Virus record (IMG/VR): IMGVR_UViG_3300050499_000294
Coordinates: 98-64,097 of that record
Strand: one strand, 5' to 3'
Length of the DNA: 64,000 nt
Source: a virus
The notes below the pieces were generated by a model that searched no databases, was not told where the DNA came from, and saw only the letters and a program-made list of their open reading frames with translations. This document shows, piece after piece, positions 53,299 to 63,006 of the stretch. The first letter of the stretch is position 1; each line of letters starts with the position of its first letter. The translations under genes and the position numbers were made by a program.

Positions 53299-53507
53299 TG
53301 CAGGATGAAACGTGTTGGTTATGTTCCACGCCTCCGGGCACGATGACGCGCAAGCTGCACGAGACGTGCTGTACCTGTGGCTTTGCCCTGACCGCCCACC
53401 GCTACGGCCATCCCCATGCGCTGGCCGTAGTAGGCTGTGCGGCCTTTCTGGCGGCGCTGCCACTGCCACCGCAACCCGAGACAAACGCGCAACCGGCGCT
53501 CTTTTGA
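53295..53507 (+). CDS. Small Cys/His protein ending AQPALF
   Basis: Coupled to the HNH gene; CCTCG..HRYGH. Confidence 0.5.
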   Translation: MMQDETCWLCSTPPGTMTRKLHETCCTCGFALTAHRYGHPHALAVVGCAAFLAALPLPPQPETNAQPALF

Positions 53508-53521
53508 AAGGAGGCCCTCCC

Positions 53522-53839
53522 ATGCGACGTCCGCCCGTCCTCGGTCCTATCAACGGCGGTCTGCTCGTGCTGCTCGTGGCAGCGTATCTCCTCGCCACCG
53601 TTGTGCGCGACACGACCGTACCTCTCTCCGCGCCCCCCGTCCAGACGCGCGCCCTGACCGATGGCGATGTGCTCCACTTGCTCGATCGCGGCGACCCGTA
53701 CACGACGCAAGTGCTGCGCGATATTTACCACATCTACCGCCGACGCGGTCAGGACGTGCCGACGGCGTATCAGGGGACCATGGAGGCATGGCGGCAGGCG
53801 CTCAATGCTGCACCACCGCCGCGCCTGCGCTCCCTCTAA
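53522..53839 (+). CDS. Membrane-anchored hypothetical protein
   Basis: RBS AGGAGG; GLLVLLVAAYLLATVV. Confidence 0.55.
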   Translation: MRRPPVLGPINGGLLVLLVAAYLLATVVRDTTVPLSAPPVQTRALTDGDVLHLLDRGDPYTTQVLRDIYHIYRRRGQDVPTAYQGTMEAWRQALNAAPPPRLRSL

Positions 53840-53887
53840 AGACGGCAACGACTGGAAACCGCTGGCGCCGCCACCACCACCTGAACT

Positions 53888-54200
53888 GGACGCGCAACCG
53901 GCGCTGTTCTGAGGAGAAACGTGATGTCTGAACTCATGCCATTCGCTGTTCGGCAATTAGGCAGTGATACCGTGAATACCGTGAATGCGCGTGATCTCTA
54001 TAGCTACCTGGAACTGACTAAACCGTACGCCGATTGGATCAAGATGCAGCTTCGGCGTGCCCATCTCCTTGAAAATAGGGATTATGTAGTTTATCACCAA
54101 GAAGTGAAAAACCCCCAAGGAGGCCGCCCGGCACGCGAACACCATCTCACCCTGAAACGGACGCGCAAGTCGCGTTGTTCTGAGGAGAAACGTGATGTCT
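53888..54200 (+). repeat. 42-nt direct repeats (53888-53929, 54159-54200) flanking the AntA fragment
   Basis: GGACGCGCAAnnnGCGyTGTTCTGAGGAGAAACGTGATGTCT, 38/42 identical; partial third copy at 53485-53507. Confidence 0.85.
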
Positions 54201-54202
54201 AA
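53921..54202 (+). pseudogene. Truncated AntA/AntB antirepressor N-terminal domain
   Basis: TVNARDLYSYLE...YADWIK...ENRDY...GGRPAREHHLTL, then runs into the repeat. Confidence 0.7.
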
Positions 54203-54899
54203 TCTGATTCCATTTCACTTTGGCACGCGTGAAGTCCGCATACAACTTGATGAGAACGGTAAACCATGGTGGGTAGCAAAAGATGTCTGTGAAGTTTTAG
54301 ACTTGCGCAATGTTTCAGATGCCGTCGGGAGGCTAGAGACAGGCGAGAAGGGTATCGCTCTGGTCGATAAACTGTTGATTATTAATGAATCAGGACTCTA
54401 CCGTTTGATTTTCAGGAGTGATAAGCCTGAAGCCAAACGGTTTCAATCGTGGGTTTTTGAAGAGGTCCTACCCCAAATCCGTAAGACCGGCACATATGCC
54501 CCCCCCCAGGTGAAAAACCCGGCCCACCAGTTGCTCATTGATACCGTGGTCCGTCTCGATGCCGTCGAGCAACGGGCGCTGGAAGCGGAGCACCGTGCCG
54601 AGGAAGCGAACGCGAACGCCCGCCGCGCCTTAGAAACGCAACTCTTTTTCACTATTGCGGAGTATGTCTATATCAACCATCTACAGAAGCAGATCCCGGA
54701 ATCGGCCTACAAAGCCTGTAGCGATCATCTGCGCGCGTACTGTCTCGACCACGGCATCCCGTTCCGTAAGGCGGCGGTGGGCGGGAAACGCTGGGAGGAC
54801 GAGTATAGCTTTCACACGAACGTCTACACCGAAGCGTTGCCCGGCTGGCTCAAACGCCGCTTCTCGCAGGCCACGTTGCATATCATGCCTACGAGTTAG
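54192..54899 (+). CDS. Bro-N family antirepressor
   Basis: PWWVAKDVCEVLDL...INESGLYRLIFRSDKPEAKRFQSWVFEEVLPQIRKTG. Confidence 0.9.
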   Translation: MMSNLIPFHFGTREVRIQLDENGKPWWVAKDVCEVLDLRNVSDAVGRLETGEKGIALVDKLLIINESGLYRLIFRSDKPEAKRFQSWVFEEVLPQIRKTGTYAPPQVKNPAHQLLIDTVVRLDAVEQRALEAEHRAEEANANARRALETQLFFTIAEYVYINHLQKQIPESAYKACSDHLRAYCLDHGIPFRKAAVGGKRWEDEYSFHTNVYTEALPGWLKRRFSQATLHIMPTS

Positions 54900-54968
54900 C
54901 AGCGTCCCGCTCAGTCCGACGCCGTACCCCAACCTAGGCGCGCCGCTGGCGCTATCTGAAGGAGCAAC

Positions 54969-57033
54969 ATGCATCAGCCACGAAAGGATCTGGGCGAAGT
55001 GCTTCAGGACACCTGGTCGGCCTGTTATGACACAGGCTGGCAAGGCTTGATCTGTCCTGAAGCCTTCGCCCACTGAGGACCCCGCCAAATTTTCCCGCAG
55101 CTTGATCCAGCGTATCTATCAGCACTGCGCCGCCGAGGGATGGCTGGCACCAGGATCAACAGTACTAGATTGCTTCGCGGGTACCGGACTCGGGGGGTTG
55201 GATGCCGCCCTCGCCGGCTATCGTTTTATCGGTGTAGAGTTGGAGGCGCGTTTTTGCGCCCTGGCCCACGGCTTTGACTGTGGCGGCTCGGACGCCAAGC
55301 ACGAGGCCTGTAGCCAGCAAGAATCCCACGAGCCGCACCACGTCACGGGAAACCTGGAGTTGTGGCAACGGCGCTACGGGCACCTCCCGCAGTGGGTGGC
55401 GCCGACGCTGCTCCAAGGCGATTCGCGGGCACTGGGGACCGTACTGCGGGACCAGATCACGGCATGCGTGGCCTCGCCACCATTCGGTGCAGAACAATCA
55501 GGCGGGGGCATTGCGATAACCGGCACTCCTAGCCAACGCAAGTCCCCTGGCTCTACGTCACCTGTAGGCTATCAGCATCAGGGCACGGCCCCCGGTCAGC
55601 TCGGCGCGCTCCCCCCCGGCTCGCTCGATGCGGCGATCGCCTCCCCGCCCCATGTCCACGGCCTGGGCAAAGAGCATACCTACTCCGACCACGCCAAGCG
55701 CGAGCGGGACAGCCACAGCGGCATCTACCGCGACAAGGGCATTGCCGACCCGTACTATGGCAGTGACCCGGCGCAACTGGGGAACCTGCCAGCGGGGTCG
55801 CTCGATGCGTGCCTGAGTAGCCCGCCGTACGCAGACGGTTGTCACCGCACAGGCGGGACAAATACCCCCCCCGCAGTACGCGGCGATGGGACGGCCTTCA
55901 GAGAAGGGCAAAGCATGGCGTTTACTCACTACGGCAGCGCCCCGGCGCAGCTGGGGAACCTGCCAGCGGGGTCGGTGGAGGCGGCGATCTCGTCGCCCCC
56001 GTATGAGGCCAGTGTCACGGTAGGCCATGCACCAGAGAAGGACATTGCCAGGGCTGTCGCCGCAGGGCATACGCTTGCCTCCATGGGGAATCCCGGCGGG
56101 CAACTCCGCTATGCCTTTGAATATGGCACCGACCCGGCTCAGCTTGGCAACGAGCACGGCACCACGTTTTGGGAAGCCAGTAAGCAGATACTCGAGCAAG
56201 TAGTGGCCCTATTAAAACCAAATGGCATTGCCGTATGGGTGGTCAAATCATACGTGCGCGAAGGGCAAATTGTTGATTTTCCAGGACAATGGAGAACTTT
56301 ATGCGAATCCCTGGGCCTGGTCACGCTACACGAGCACCACGCGCTCCTGGTCGAGGACCACGGCACGCAGGGTTCGCTGTTTGGCGCCGACACCACACAC
56401 CGCACCGAGCGCAAGAGCTTCTTCCGCCGCCTGCATGAGAAGAAGCGCCCCGACCTGGCGATTGATTATGAGGTGGTCCTGTGTATGCAGAAGCGCGAGG
56501 GGACGACAGCAGGGAATGTTGAGGTGTGCGTAAGTTCCCCACCGTATGCGGCCCACACCGTCCACGGCAACGATGGTATTGACTGGGCACGCGCCAGCAA
56601 TGACGGCCAAACACGGGGCCAGTCGGCGGCAGCCGACTATGGTCACACTGAGGGCCAACTGGGGGCGATGCCCGCCGGCAGCCTCGACGCGTGTGTGAGT
56701 AGCCCCCCGTATAACCTCCCCATGTCCCAGGACCATAACGGCAGTCGGGGCGGCGCTCGGGGCACAACCCCGAGCGAGCAGGGCGCATTCGTGAAGTATG
56801 GCAGCACGCCGGGACAACTCGAAGGCATGCCCCCCGGCAGCCTGGACGCCGTGGTGAGTAGCCCGCCCTATGCCGCGTCCTTCCGTGGACAGACGGAGAC
56901 GGCGACGCGCATAGAACTGGAGAAACGGTTTCCACACTGGCACACCGGTGGACGCTCGCAACTTGATACGCCACGTGGCTACGGCACCACGCCGGGCAAC
57001 CTGGGCAACCTCCCCGAGGGCCTGACGCCCTAG
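54969..57033 (+). CDS. Modular amino-DNA methyltransferase with seven SPP(Y/F/H) modules; frame interrupted at 55074-55080
   Basis: RBS and ATG 54969 give ...EAFAH then TGA; the +1 frame resumes PAKFSRSLIQRIY...VLDCFAGTG (motif I); seven SPPx blocks. Confidence 0.8.
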
Positions 57034-57046
57034 CAAGGAGTCCTCC

Positions 57047-57295
57047 ATGCGCCGCACCTCCACCGCCCGGCGCCGTGCCTATCGGCAGTTGCTGCGCGAT
57101 CCGCGCTGGCAGCAGACGCGCCTGCGCATCTTCGCCCGCGATCACTGGACCTGCCAAGCGTGCGGGGCCACGACGCGGGAGTTGCAGGTGCACCACAAGT
57201 GGTACGTGGCGGGGGTGTTGCCCTGGGAGGTCCCGCCCCAGGCGCTGGTGACCCTCTGTGTGGACTGCCACAGGAAGCAGAAGAAGCGGCACTAA
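57047..57295 (+). CDS. Small HNH nuclease
   Basis: CQACG...LQVHHKWY...LVTLCVDCH. Confidence 0.85.
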   Translation: MRRTSTARRRAYRQLLRDPRWQQTRLRIFARDHWTCQACGATTRELQVHHKWYVAGVLPWEVPPQALVTLCVDCHRKQKKRH

Positions 57296-57569
57296 CGGTC
57301 AGGGACCTCCTGCTGCCAGGGCCAGGCATCGGTCGGGACGCCCAGACAGAATAGCAAGCGTTTGTGGGGATAGAGCCGTACCGCCGTGGCTTCGGCGAGG
57401 GCTTGCATGGCCAAGTCGTGGACCACGATGGTGTCCCCGTCCAGGGCGCCGTCGAGGGCGTCGGCCAACGCAGTGGGCCAGTTCCCCGAGGGCAGGAGAT
57501 GGACGAGGCTATGGGCCTCCAGGCGCGGGTACTCAGGCATTGGGACCTCCATCGGAGAAAGGATACGTG

Positions 57570-57806
57570 ATGAGCCCGACCCAGCACCAGGCGCTGCCCG
57601 CCGCGCATCGCCGCCACCTCTGGCTGCCCGCCAGCACTACCACGCTCACGCTGATGATGCCGTCGGGCGAGAGCTACGCCTTCCAGACGTGGCGTGATCC
57701 CATCCGGCGCCTGGTCGCCGATCATGTCATGTGTACGGAAGCGCCGGAGCCGCACTGGTTGCACAAACAGGTGCAGGCGGAGCCGCTGCTGCCGCTGTCG
57801 CGCTAA
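57570..57806 (+). CDS. Hypothetical protein
   Basis: RBS AAAGGA; the overlapping minus ORF 57292..57552 is an alternative or additional gene. Confidence 0.4.
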   Translation: MSPTQHQALPAAHRRHLWLPASTTTLTLMMPSGESYAFQTWRDPIRRLVADHVMCTEAPEPHWLHKQVQAEPLLPLSR

Positions 57807-57818
57807 GAAGAAACGGGG

Positions 57819-58022
57819 CTAGAGCGCCCCGTCGCGGTCGCCGGGCGCGACGAGTTGGTGGAACAAGACACGCTCGGGCATGACCTTGTCCCGCTTCGCT
57901 TTCTCCCGCAAGGCAATTTCCATGATGGCCGAATGACTCAAACAGTGCAGCTCGCTTAAGAGTTCCAGGAGTTCCTTGGCACTCGCCGAGAGCCGCACCG
58001 TCGTGGTGACTCTCTTGAGCAT
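57819..58022 (-). CDS. Ribbon-helix-helix protein
   Basis: TTTVRLSASAKELLELLSELHCLSHSAIMEIALRE. Confidence 0.75.
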   Translation of the reverse strand: MLKRVTTTVRLSASAKELLELLSELHCLSHSAIMEIALREKAKRDKVMPERVLFHQLVAPGDRDGAL

Positions 58023-58094
58023 ATTTTCTCCTTGCTAATCGACTTCATTGTGCCTTAATATTGCTATAAGTATGACACAAAATCGTCTGCCATG

Positions 58095-58298
58095 CTAGGA
58101 GGTTTGTGTTTTGCGGCGCTCCTCGGTGAGCAAGCGCCGGATCATAGGAGAAAGCCGCTCGGGTTGATGCTTCGCCCACTCCAGTAACTCTGCTGGCAGG
58201 TGGATATGGGTATCCACCATACCCGCCTGCTTCACCGGCCCGCGCTTTTTATGCACACGCTCAGAAGGAGGTGTATCCGTGGGATATAGATTAGCCAA
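58095..58298 (-). CDS. RHH/BrnA-like DNA-binding protein
   Basis: KKRGP...THIHLPAELLEWAK...LSPMIRRLL. Confidence 0.65.
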   Translation of the reverse strand: MANLYPTDTPPSERVHKKRGPVKQAGMVDTHIHLPAELLEWAKHQPERLSPMIRRLLTEERRKTQTS

Positions 58299-58358
58299 TT
58301 ATTTACCCTCTCGCAAGCTAGGGGTGGTAGCCACGCATGCCGCCAAGAGGATACACCT

Positions 58359-58937
58359 ATGACGCCACTCTCAGAACACCGTTGGTACACCCCCGCCGAG
58401 TGTAGTGCCCTCGTGCTGGGGGTGCAGCATGGCAGCCGCTACTGTGCCCCTTGCCCCGCCTGCCAGTCCTCGCGCACGGACGCCTTAAGTATCACCGAAG
58501 GCAAAGATCGCGACGGCCACCCGATGACGCTGCTCTACTGCTTTGCGCACCAGTGCCCCATTGAAGATATCTGTGCCGCCATGGGGATCGAGGTCCGCAA
58601 CCTATTTTGTATCCATCCTGACTACGCCAGGGCCACCCGCTACGCCCCCAGAGCCAGGAGCCCACGCATCGACCGGCTCAAGAGCCTGGAGGAGCCGACG
58701 CCTGACGAGATTGCCCAGATATTGCTGGAAGAGATGATCGTCTCAGACCCCCAGTGGATACAGGTATGCGCACCCGCCAGGACAAAGCTATGGGAGTTGG
58801 CCCAAGCGAGTCCGAAGACGAAGGAGGCGATCACGAAAGCGCTCTACGATGCCCACCTTTCACCCGTCTATTTCTGGGAGACCCTGGCTGCTGACGTGGA
58901 AAGGGGGGGCGATGGCCATAACGTTACACCAAGCTGA
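58359..58937 (+). CDS. Primase-type zinc-binding domain protein
   Basis: CPAC...DALSITEG...LLYCFAHQCPIEDICAAMGI. Confidence 0.7.
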   Translation: MTPLSEHRWYTPAECSALVLGVQHGSRYCAPCPACQSSRTDALSITEGKDRDGHPMTLLYCFAHQCPIEDICAAMGIEVRNLFCIHPDYARATRYAPRARSPRIDRLKSLEEPTPDEIAQILLEEMIVSDPQWIQVCAPARTKLWELAQASPKTKEAITKALYDAHLSPVYFWETLAADVERGGDGHNVTPS

Positions 58938-60123
58938 GTTGCTCGAACTGTTAGAGAAGAAAGGCACGAGTCCTGAGACCTGGGTTGATCCGCACAACCT
59001 GATGGAGTTGGGACGGATGCTTGAGGAGAAGAGTCTCAATGCGCGCATCTTCCGCGCCGCCAGGCTAGCGAGCTACAGCCGGCAAGACATTCTTGAGGCG
59101 ATTGCCGATGCGCAACGGCGCAACAATGGGCACTCTCCCACACGCCTCGCCCATGAAACGCTGACCGAACTCCTTGCGGCTGACATCCCGGCACCGCTCC
59201 AACTGTTTGAAGGGCTGATGCACGAAGGCATGTTGCTGTTTGGTGGCAAGAGCAAGCGCGGGAAGTCCTGGCTCATGTTCGACCTTGCCCTGAGCCTGGC
59301 CGTGGGGCGGGCGGGTTTTCGGCATTTCCCCTGCCCAGAGCCCCGCCCCATTTTGTACCTCGCCCTTGAAGACGGACGTGCCAGGCTCCAGGGACGGGCG
59401 CGGACGATCCAGCCAAACCTGACGACCGCCAACGCCTTTCATCTCATGTACAACTTTCCCGCCCTCGCCGATGGTGGCCTAGAACTCTTAGCCGAGGCGA
59501 TTGCGCAGGAGCACTACGGCCTGGTCGTTATTGACGTGCTCGGGAAACTGGAGTCCCCCAAGAACGGCAGAACCGAGAAGAATTACCATGATATTTACGA
59601 GATGTTTACCCCTCTCCAGGACTTGCGCAAGCAACATCCCTTCTGCTTAGCCATGCTGACCCACTTACGCAAACAGGATGCCGATGACATCTTTGATAGC
59701 CTGCTCGGCTCGGTGGCCTATCAGGGCGCGCAAGATGTCTTGTGGGTCTTGGAGCGCAAACCCAAAGATGATTATGCGTTCCTGCATATTCGGGACAAGG
59801 ACGCCGACGATACGACCATTGCCTTGCGCTTCTTAGAGGGGCATTGGGAATACATTGGTGAGGGGGATGAATATCAGATGACCCGTGATCAACGCAAAAT
59901 CATCAAAATTCTGGCGGAAGAACATCGAGAGATGGGGATCGAAGAGATACGCAAAGCCTGTGAATGGCCTGACGCAAAATATGGCTACACTCGCAAACTG
60001 CTCGTCACTATGGTCAAAGATGATCTCATTCATCATTCAAGCTATGGAAAATACAGTGCGACGGTCCGTGCAACCAAAGAGATGATCTTAGAGGATGAAG
60101 CCGATGATTCGGTCCCATTTTAG
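58912..60123 (+). CDS. AAA_25/RepA-like replicative helicase
   Basis: GGKSKRGKSW (Walker A), LYLALED, LVVIDVL (Walker B), THLRK; C-terminal winged-helix-like region. Confidence 0.85.
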   Translation: MAITLHQAELLELLEKKGTSPETWVDPHNLMELGRMLEEKSLNARIFRAARLASYSRQDILEAIADAQRRNNGHSPTRLAHETLTELLAADIPAPLQLFEGLMHEGMLLFGGKSKRGKSWLMFDLALSLAVGRAGFRHFPCPEPRPILYLALEDGRARLQGRARTIQPNLTTANAFHLMYNFPALADGGLELLAEAIAQEHYGLVVIDVLGKLESPKNGRTEKNYHDIYEMFTPLQDLRKQHPFCLAMLTHLRKQDADDIFDSLLGSVAYQGAQDVLWVLERKPKDDYAFLHIRDKDADDTTIALRFLEGHWEYIGEGDEYQMTRDQRKIIKILAEEHREMGIEEIRKACEWPDAKYGYTRKLLVTMVKDDLIHHSSYGKYSATVRATKEMILEDEADDSVPF

Positions 60124-60139
60124 CGTGTTGCGTTCAAAA

Positions 60140-60375
60140 GTAACACTTCACAACTTGGGCAACTTGGACAACTTTGGCAACTCTACAAGAGGACATTTAT
60201 GCCTAGGAATATGTTAACTATGATATCTATAAGTTGTACTAATGCTGTATTAGTGCAACTTATACACCTTTATATTCATAGGGTTATGGGGAAGTTGTCT
60301 TTTTTGTCCAAGTGGCCCAACTGTTACTTTTGACTCGAAGACGCGCGCGCGCGTGAAGATACCTCGCGCGTGAAG
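60140..60375. repeat. Candidate replication origin (iteron-like repeats plus AT-rich stretch)
   Basis: CAACTTGGG/CAACTTGGA/CAACTTTGG/CAACTC run, AT-rich core and (C)GCGCGTGAAGA repeats, directly after the helicase. Confidence 0.5.
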
Positions 60376-60396
60376 ACGTCTTAGGAGGAAATCACT

Positions 60397-60858
60397 ATGG
60401 CACAAACAATGCGACAGCGGATCGCTTCAGATTGGCGGGAGTGGTGGGACGAACGAGTAGCCATTATGGAAATTGATGGCGGTCTGTCACACGAGAAAGC
60501 TGAGGAAAAGGCAACCGTCTGTCTGTTGGATTGGGCAAAGACCCATAAGCCCCTTGATTATTCACATGAGGGAAAAGTGTATGTGATCCATGAAGAGGGT
60601 ACCGCGCTCTACAAGATTGGGCGGAGCTGGTCTCCCTGGAATCGTCGGAAGCAACTCCAAGAAGGCGCCGCCAGGCCCTTGCATCTCCTGCGTGAAATCT
60701 ATCATTACGATTGCTTTACCTTAGAGCGGGAACTGCACAAACGCTACAAGAAGTACCGTGTTCGTGGCGAATGGTTTGCCTTGCCTCAACAGCTACTTAC
60801 CGCATTGCTCGAAGAAGACTTTACCTGTAACCGTGGCAAAGGAGTGCAAGACCTATGA
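60397..60858 (+). CDS. GIY-YIG (T5orf172/MUG113-like) domain protein
   Basis: VYVI...YKIGRS...RRKQLQ...LERELHKRY...RGEWF. Confidence 0.8.
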   Translation: MAQTMRQRIASDWREWWDERVAIMEIDGGLSHEKAEEKATVCLLDWAKTHKPLDYSHEGKVYVIHEEGTALYKIGRSWSPWNRRKQLQEGAARPLHLLREIYHYDCFTLERELHKRYKKYRVRGEWFALPQQLLTALLEEDFTCNRGKGVQDL

Positions 60859-61124
60859 CACCTCCTCTTCCCACCTGGCTCACACCAGCACAGCGCGCCG
60901 TCTATATCGCCTGTGCCCACATCTCGAACCGCACCATGGCGGACGCCACCATCGCCGAGTGCCAGGCCGTCAGTGCCGATGCCCACGTTGGTGCGACCTA
61001 CGCGCGGCTCAGCGACGTCGCCCTGAGCGGGGATGTGCTGGGCACCCAGGCAGCCGCCCAGGCCTACAACGCCGCGCTGCGCGAGGCCCTGACGCGCGTA
61101 CGAGCGAGGGAGGCCCATGGATAG
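60855..61124 (+). CDS. Hypothetical protein
   Basis: ATGA-coupled. Confidence 0.55.
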   Translation: MTPPLPTWLTPAQRAVYIACAHISNRTMADATIAECQAVSADAHVGATYARLSDVALSGDVLGTQAAAQAYNAALREALTRVRAREAHG

Positions 61125-61395
61125 AGTCTACAAAGAGCTGCGGCAGGGCGAGGCCCCCGACGTCCCCGACCCTGCCGTGCGGGACTGCGTGCTACGCCTG
61201 GCGCTCGTGTGTATGGCCCTCGACCCTACGAGCGCCCTGACGCCCGACCAGCGCGCCTGGGTGAGAGCCCTCCAGCAGCGCACGACGCCGTTTACTGAGG
61301 GCGAACGTACCCGGCTCAAGGCACCCATCCTCACCTGGGTCGGAGCGCGGATGCCGCGGTGCCTGGATGTCGTGAAAAAACAGTTTGACGGGTAG
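61117..61395 (+). CDS. Hypothetical protein
   Basis: RBS GGAGG. Confidence 0.55.
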   Translation: MDRVYKELRQGEAPDVPDPAVRDCVLRLALVCMALDPTSALTPDQRAWVRALQQRTTPFTEGERTRLKAPILTWVGARMPRCLDVVKKQFDG

Positions 61396-61455
61396 CGCAG
61401 CATGGAATACACTCTATTCACTTTATTCATGCGTGCCACATAGAAAGGATGCGCC

Positions 61456-61641
61456 ATGGCCCCGAGCCCAACGAGTCAAATTACGATAGTGTTTGACCGC
61501 GAACGGATGCGCGAGTTTCGTGCGGAATGTATCCGCCGCGATACGACGCCGACTGAGGAGTTACGCCGCTTCATGGATCAACGCTTAGACGAGTGGCTGC
61601 ACGCCACCCAAGGAGCCCCCGATGGCCGAGACCGCCGTTAG
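61456..61641 (+). CDS. Small RHH/ParG-like protein
   Basis: ITIVFDRERMREFRAECIRRDTTPTEELRRFM. Confidence 0.65.
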   Translation: MAPSPTSQITIVFDRERMREFRAECIRRDTTPTEELRRFMDQRLDEWLHATQGAPDGRDRR

Positions 61642-62719
61642 TCGCAAGTCGGCGCTACTGCCTGCACCCGTGGTGAGCACCATGCGCGACCTCATGCCCG
61701 ATGTCTACAAGCTGCTCCCCCCCGACATCACCAGCGAGCAATTCCGCGCCGCCTGCTGGCTCGAACTCACCGGCAACAAAGACGTGTCCGAGTGCGTCGT
61801 TGAAAGCATTCGGGACGCGATCATTTACGCCGCCAATTATGGCCTCATGCCGGGCAGAGATGCCCACTTTATCGCCTACAAACAGAAGAAATACCGGAAC
61901 CAGAAGGGCCTACAGTGCATCCCGACCTACTTTGGCGTTATCCGCACGCTGGACCGCACCGGCAAAGTGCGCCGGGCCTTCGCCCATCCCGTCCACGAGG
62001 GGGACGAATGGTCCTTTGATATGTTCCAGGATCGTCCCGTGCATCGCCCTGCCGTCACGCTGGGCAAGAAGCCCGGTGCCGAGTTGTTTTATTACGGCGC
62101 GGTCATGTTCAAGTCGGGCGACTGCGCCTTTGAGGTCCTGACGCTGGAGGACCTGGACGCGATTCGCCGCCGCGCGCCTGGGCATGAAAGCGGTCCCTGG
62201 GTGAGCGATACGGTCATGATGAAGCGCAAAACTGCCATTAAGCGCGTCGCCAAGTACGTGCAGCTGACGCCAGACCTGCGCCAGTTCTTTGAGGGAGACG
62301 ACGAGCGCGAGAAAGAAGACATCCCCCAGGCACGCCACCAGCAAAATGTGATTGATCTCTTTGGTGAGGGGGCCGACCCCACCGCCCACGGTGCTCCGGC
62401 GGCCGTCCCGCAGCCCGTCCCGCAGCCCGTAGAACCCGACAACCCGCTCATCGTGCGCATTGAGGAGGTGCTGACGCAGCGCGGCCTGGAGTATGACGCC
62501 CGTGCGGACTGGTGGGAACGGATGGCGGCGACGTACCCCGACCTGGGGGAACCGACCACTCTGGCGATGCTCTATGATGCGCTTGTGAGCGAGAATGCCC
62601 CTAGAAACCCCCAGGATGGCCCAGGAGCCACGAAGTCCCCCAGGGAAGGGGGTACGGACGTCAGGACGCCAGAAGCTGCCAAGCAGCCTGACGAGGACAT
62701 CGACTTCTTTTCTGAGTAG
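61622..62719 (+). CDS. recT: RecT-family single-strand annealing recombinase
   Basis: AANYGLMPG...AHFIAY...PTYFGVI...GPWVSDTVMMKRKTAIKRVAKY; acidic C-terminal DIDFFSE. Confidence 0.9.
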   Translation: MAETAVSRKSALLPAPVVSTMRDLMPDVYKLLPPDITSEQFRAACWLELTGNKDVSECVVESIRDAIIYAANYGLMPGRDAHFIAYKQKKYRNQKGLQCIPTYFGVIRTLDRTGKVRRAFAHPVHEGDEWSFDMFQDRPVHRPAVTLGKKPGAELFYYGAVMFKSGDCAFEVLTLEDLDAIRRRAPGHESGPWVSDTVMMKRKTAIKRVAKYVQLTPDLRQFFEGDDEREKEDIPQARHQQNVIDLFGEGADPTAHGAPAAVPQPVPQPVEPDNPLIVRIEEVLTQRGLEYDARADWWERMAATYPDLGEPTTLAMLYDALVSENAPRNPQDGPGATKSPREGGTDVRTPEAAKQPDEDIDFFSE

Positions 62720-62794
62720 ACGGATAACACGCGGTTGTTCGACCTACTAATGTGACAGATTTTAGTATGAAATTAGTAGAGAGAAAGGAGCCCC

Positions 62795-62994
62795 ATGCTG
62801 ACGCCCTGCCATGAGCGACACCCCCACAGGAGCATACCTATACGCCACAGATTCGTGATGATGGTGAGGCCAATATCTGGAAATGTGGCCGCTGTGGATA
62901 CAGGACGCCGTGGACAGTCGGCGACTATGCGGAAGCCTATGTCGAGGGCGACAGGATATCCCGTGCGCAATCAAAGCACAGACACCACCTGTAA
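62795..62994 (+). pseudogene. Small CxxC protein with apparent frameshift near 62820
   Basis: Plausible frame PQEHTY...WKCGRCGYRTPW...* has no in-frame start; the ATGs at 62795 and 62811 are in other frames around a C5 run. Confidence 0.35.
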
Positions 62995-63006
62995 AGGAGA
63001 CTACCC

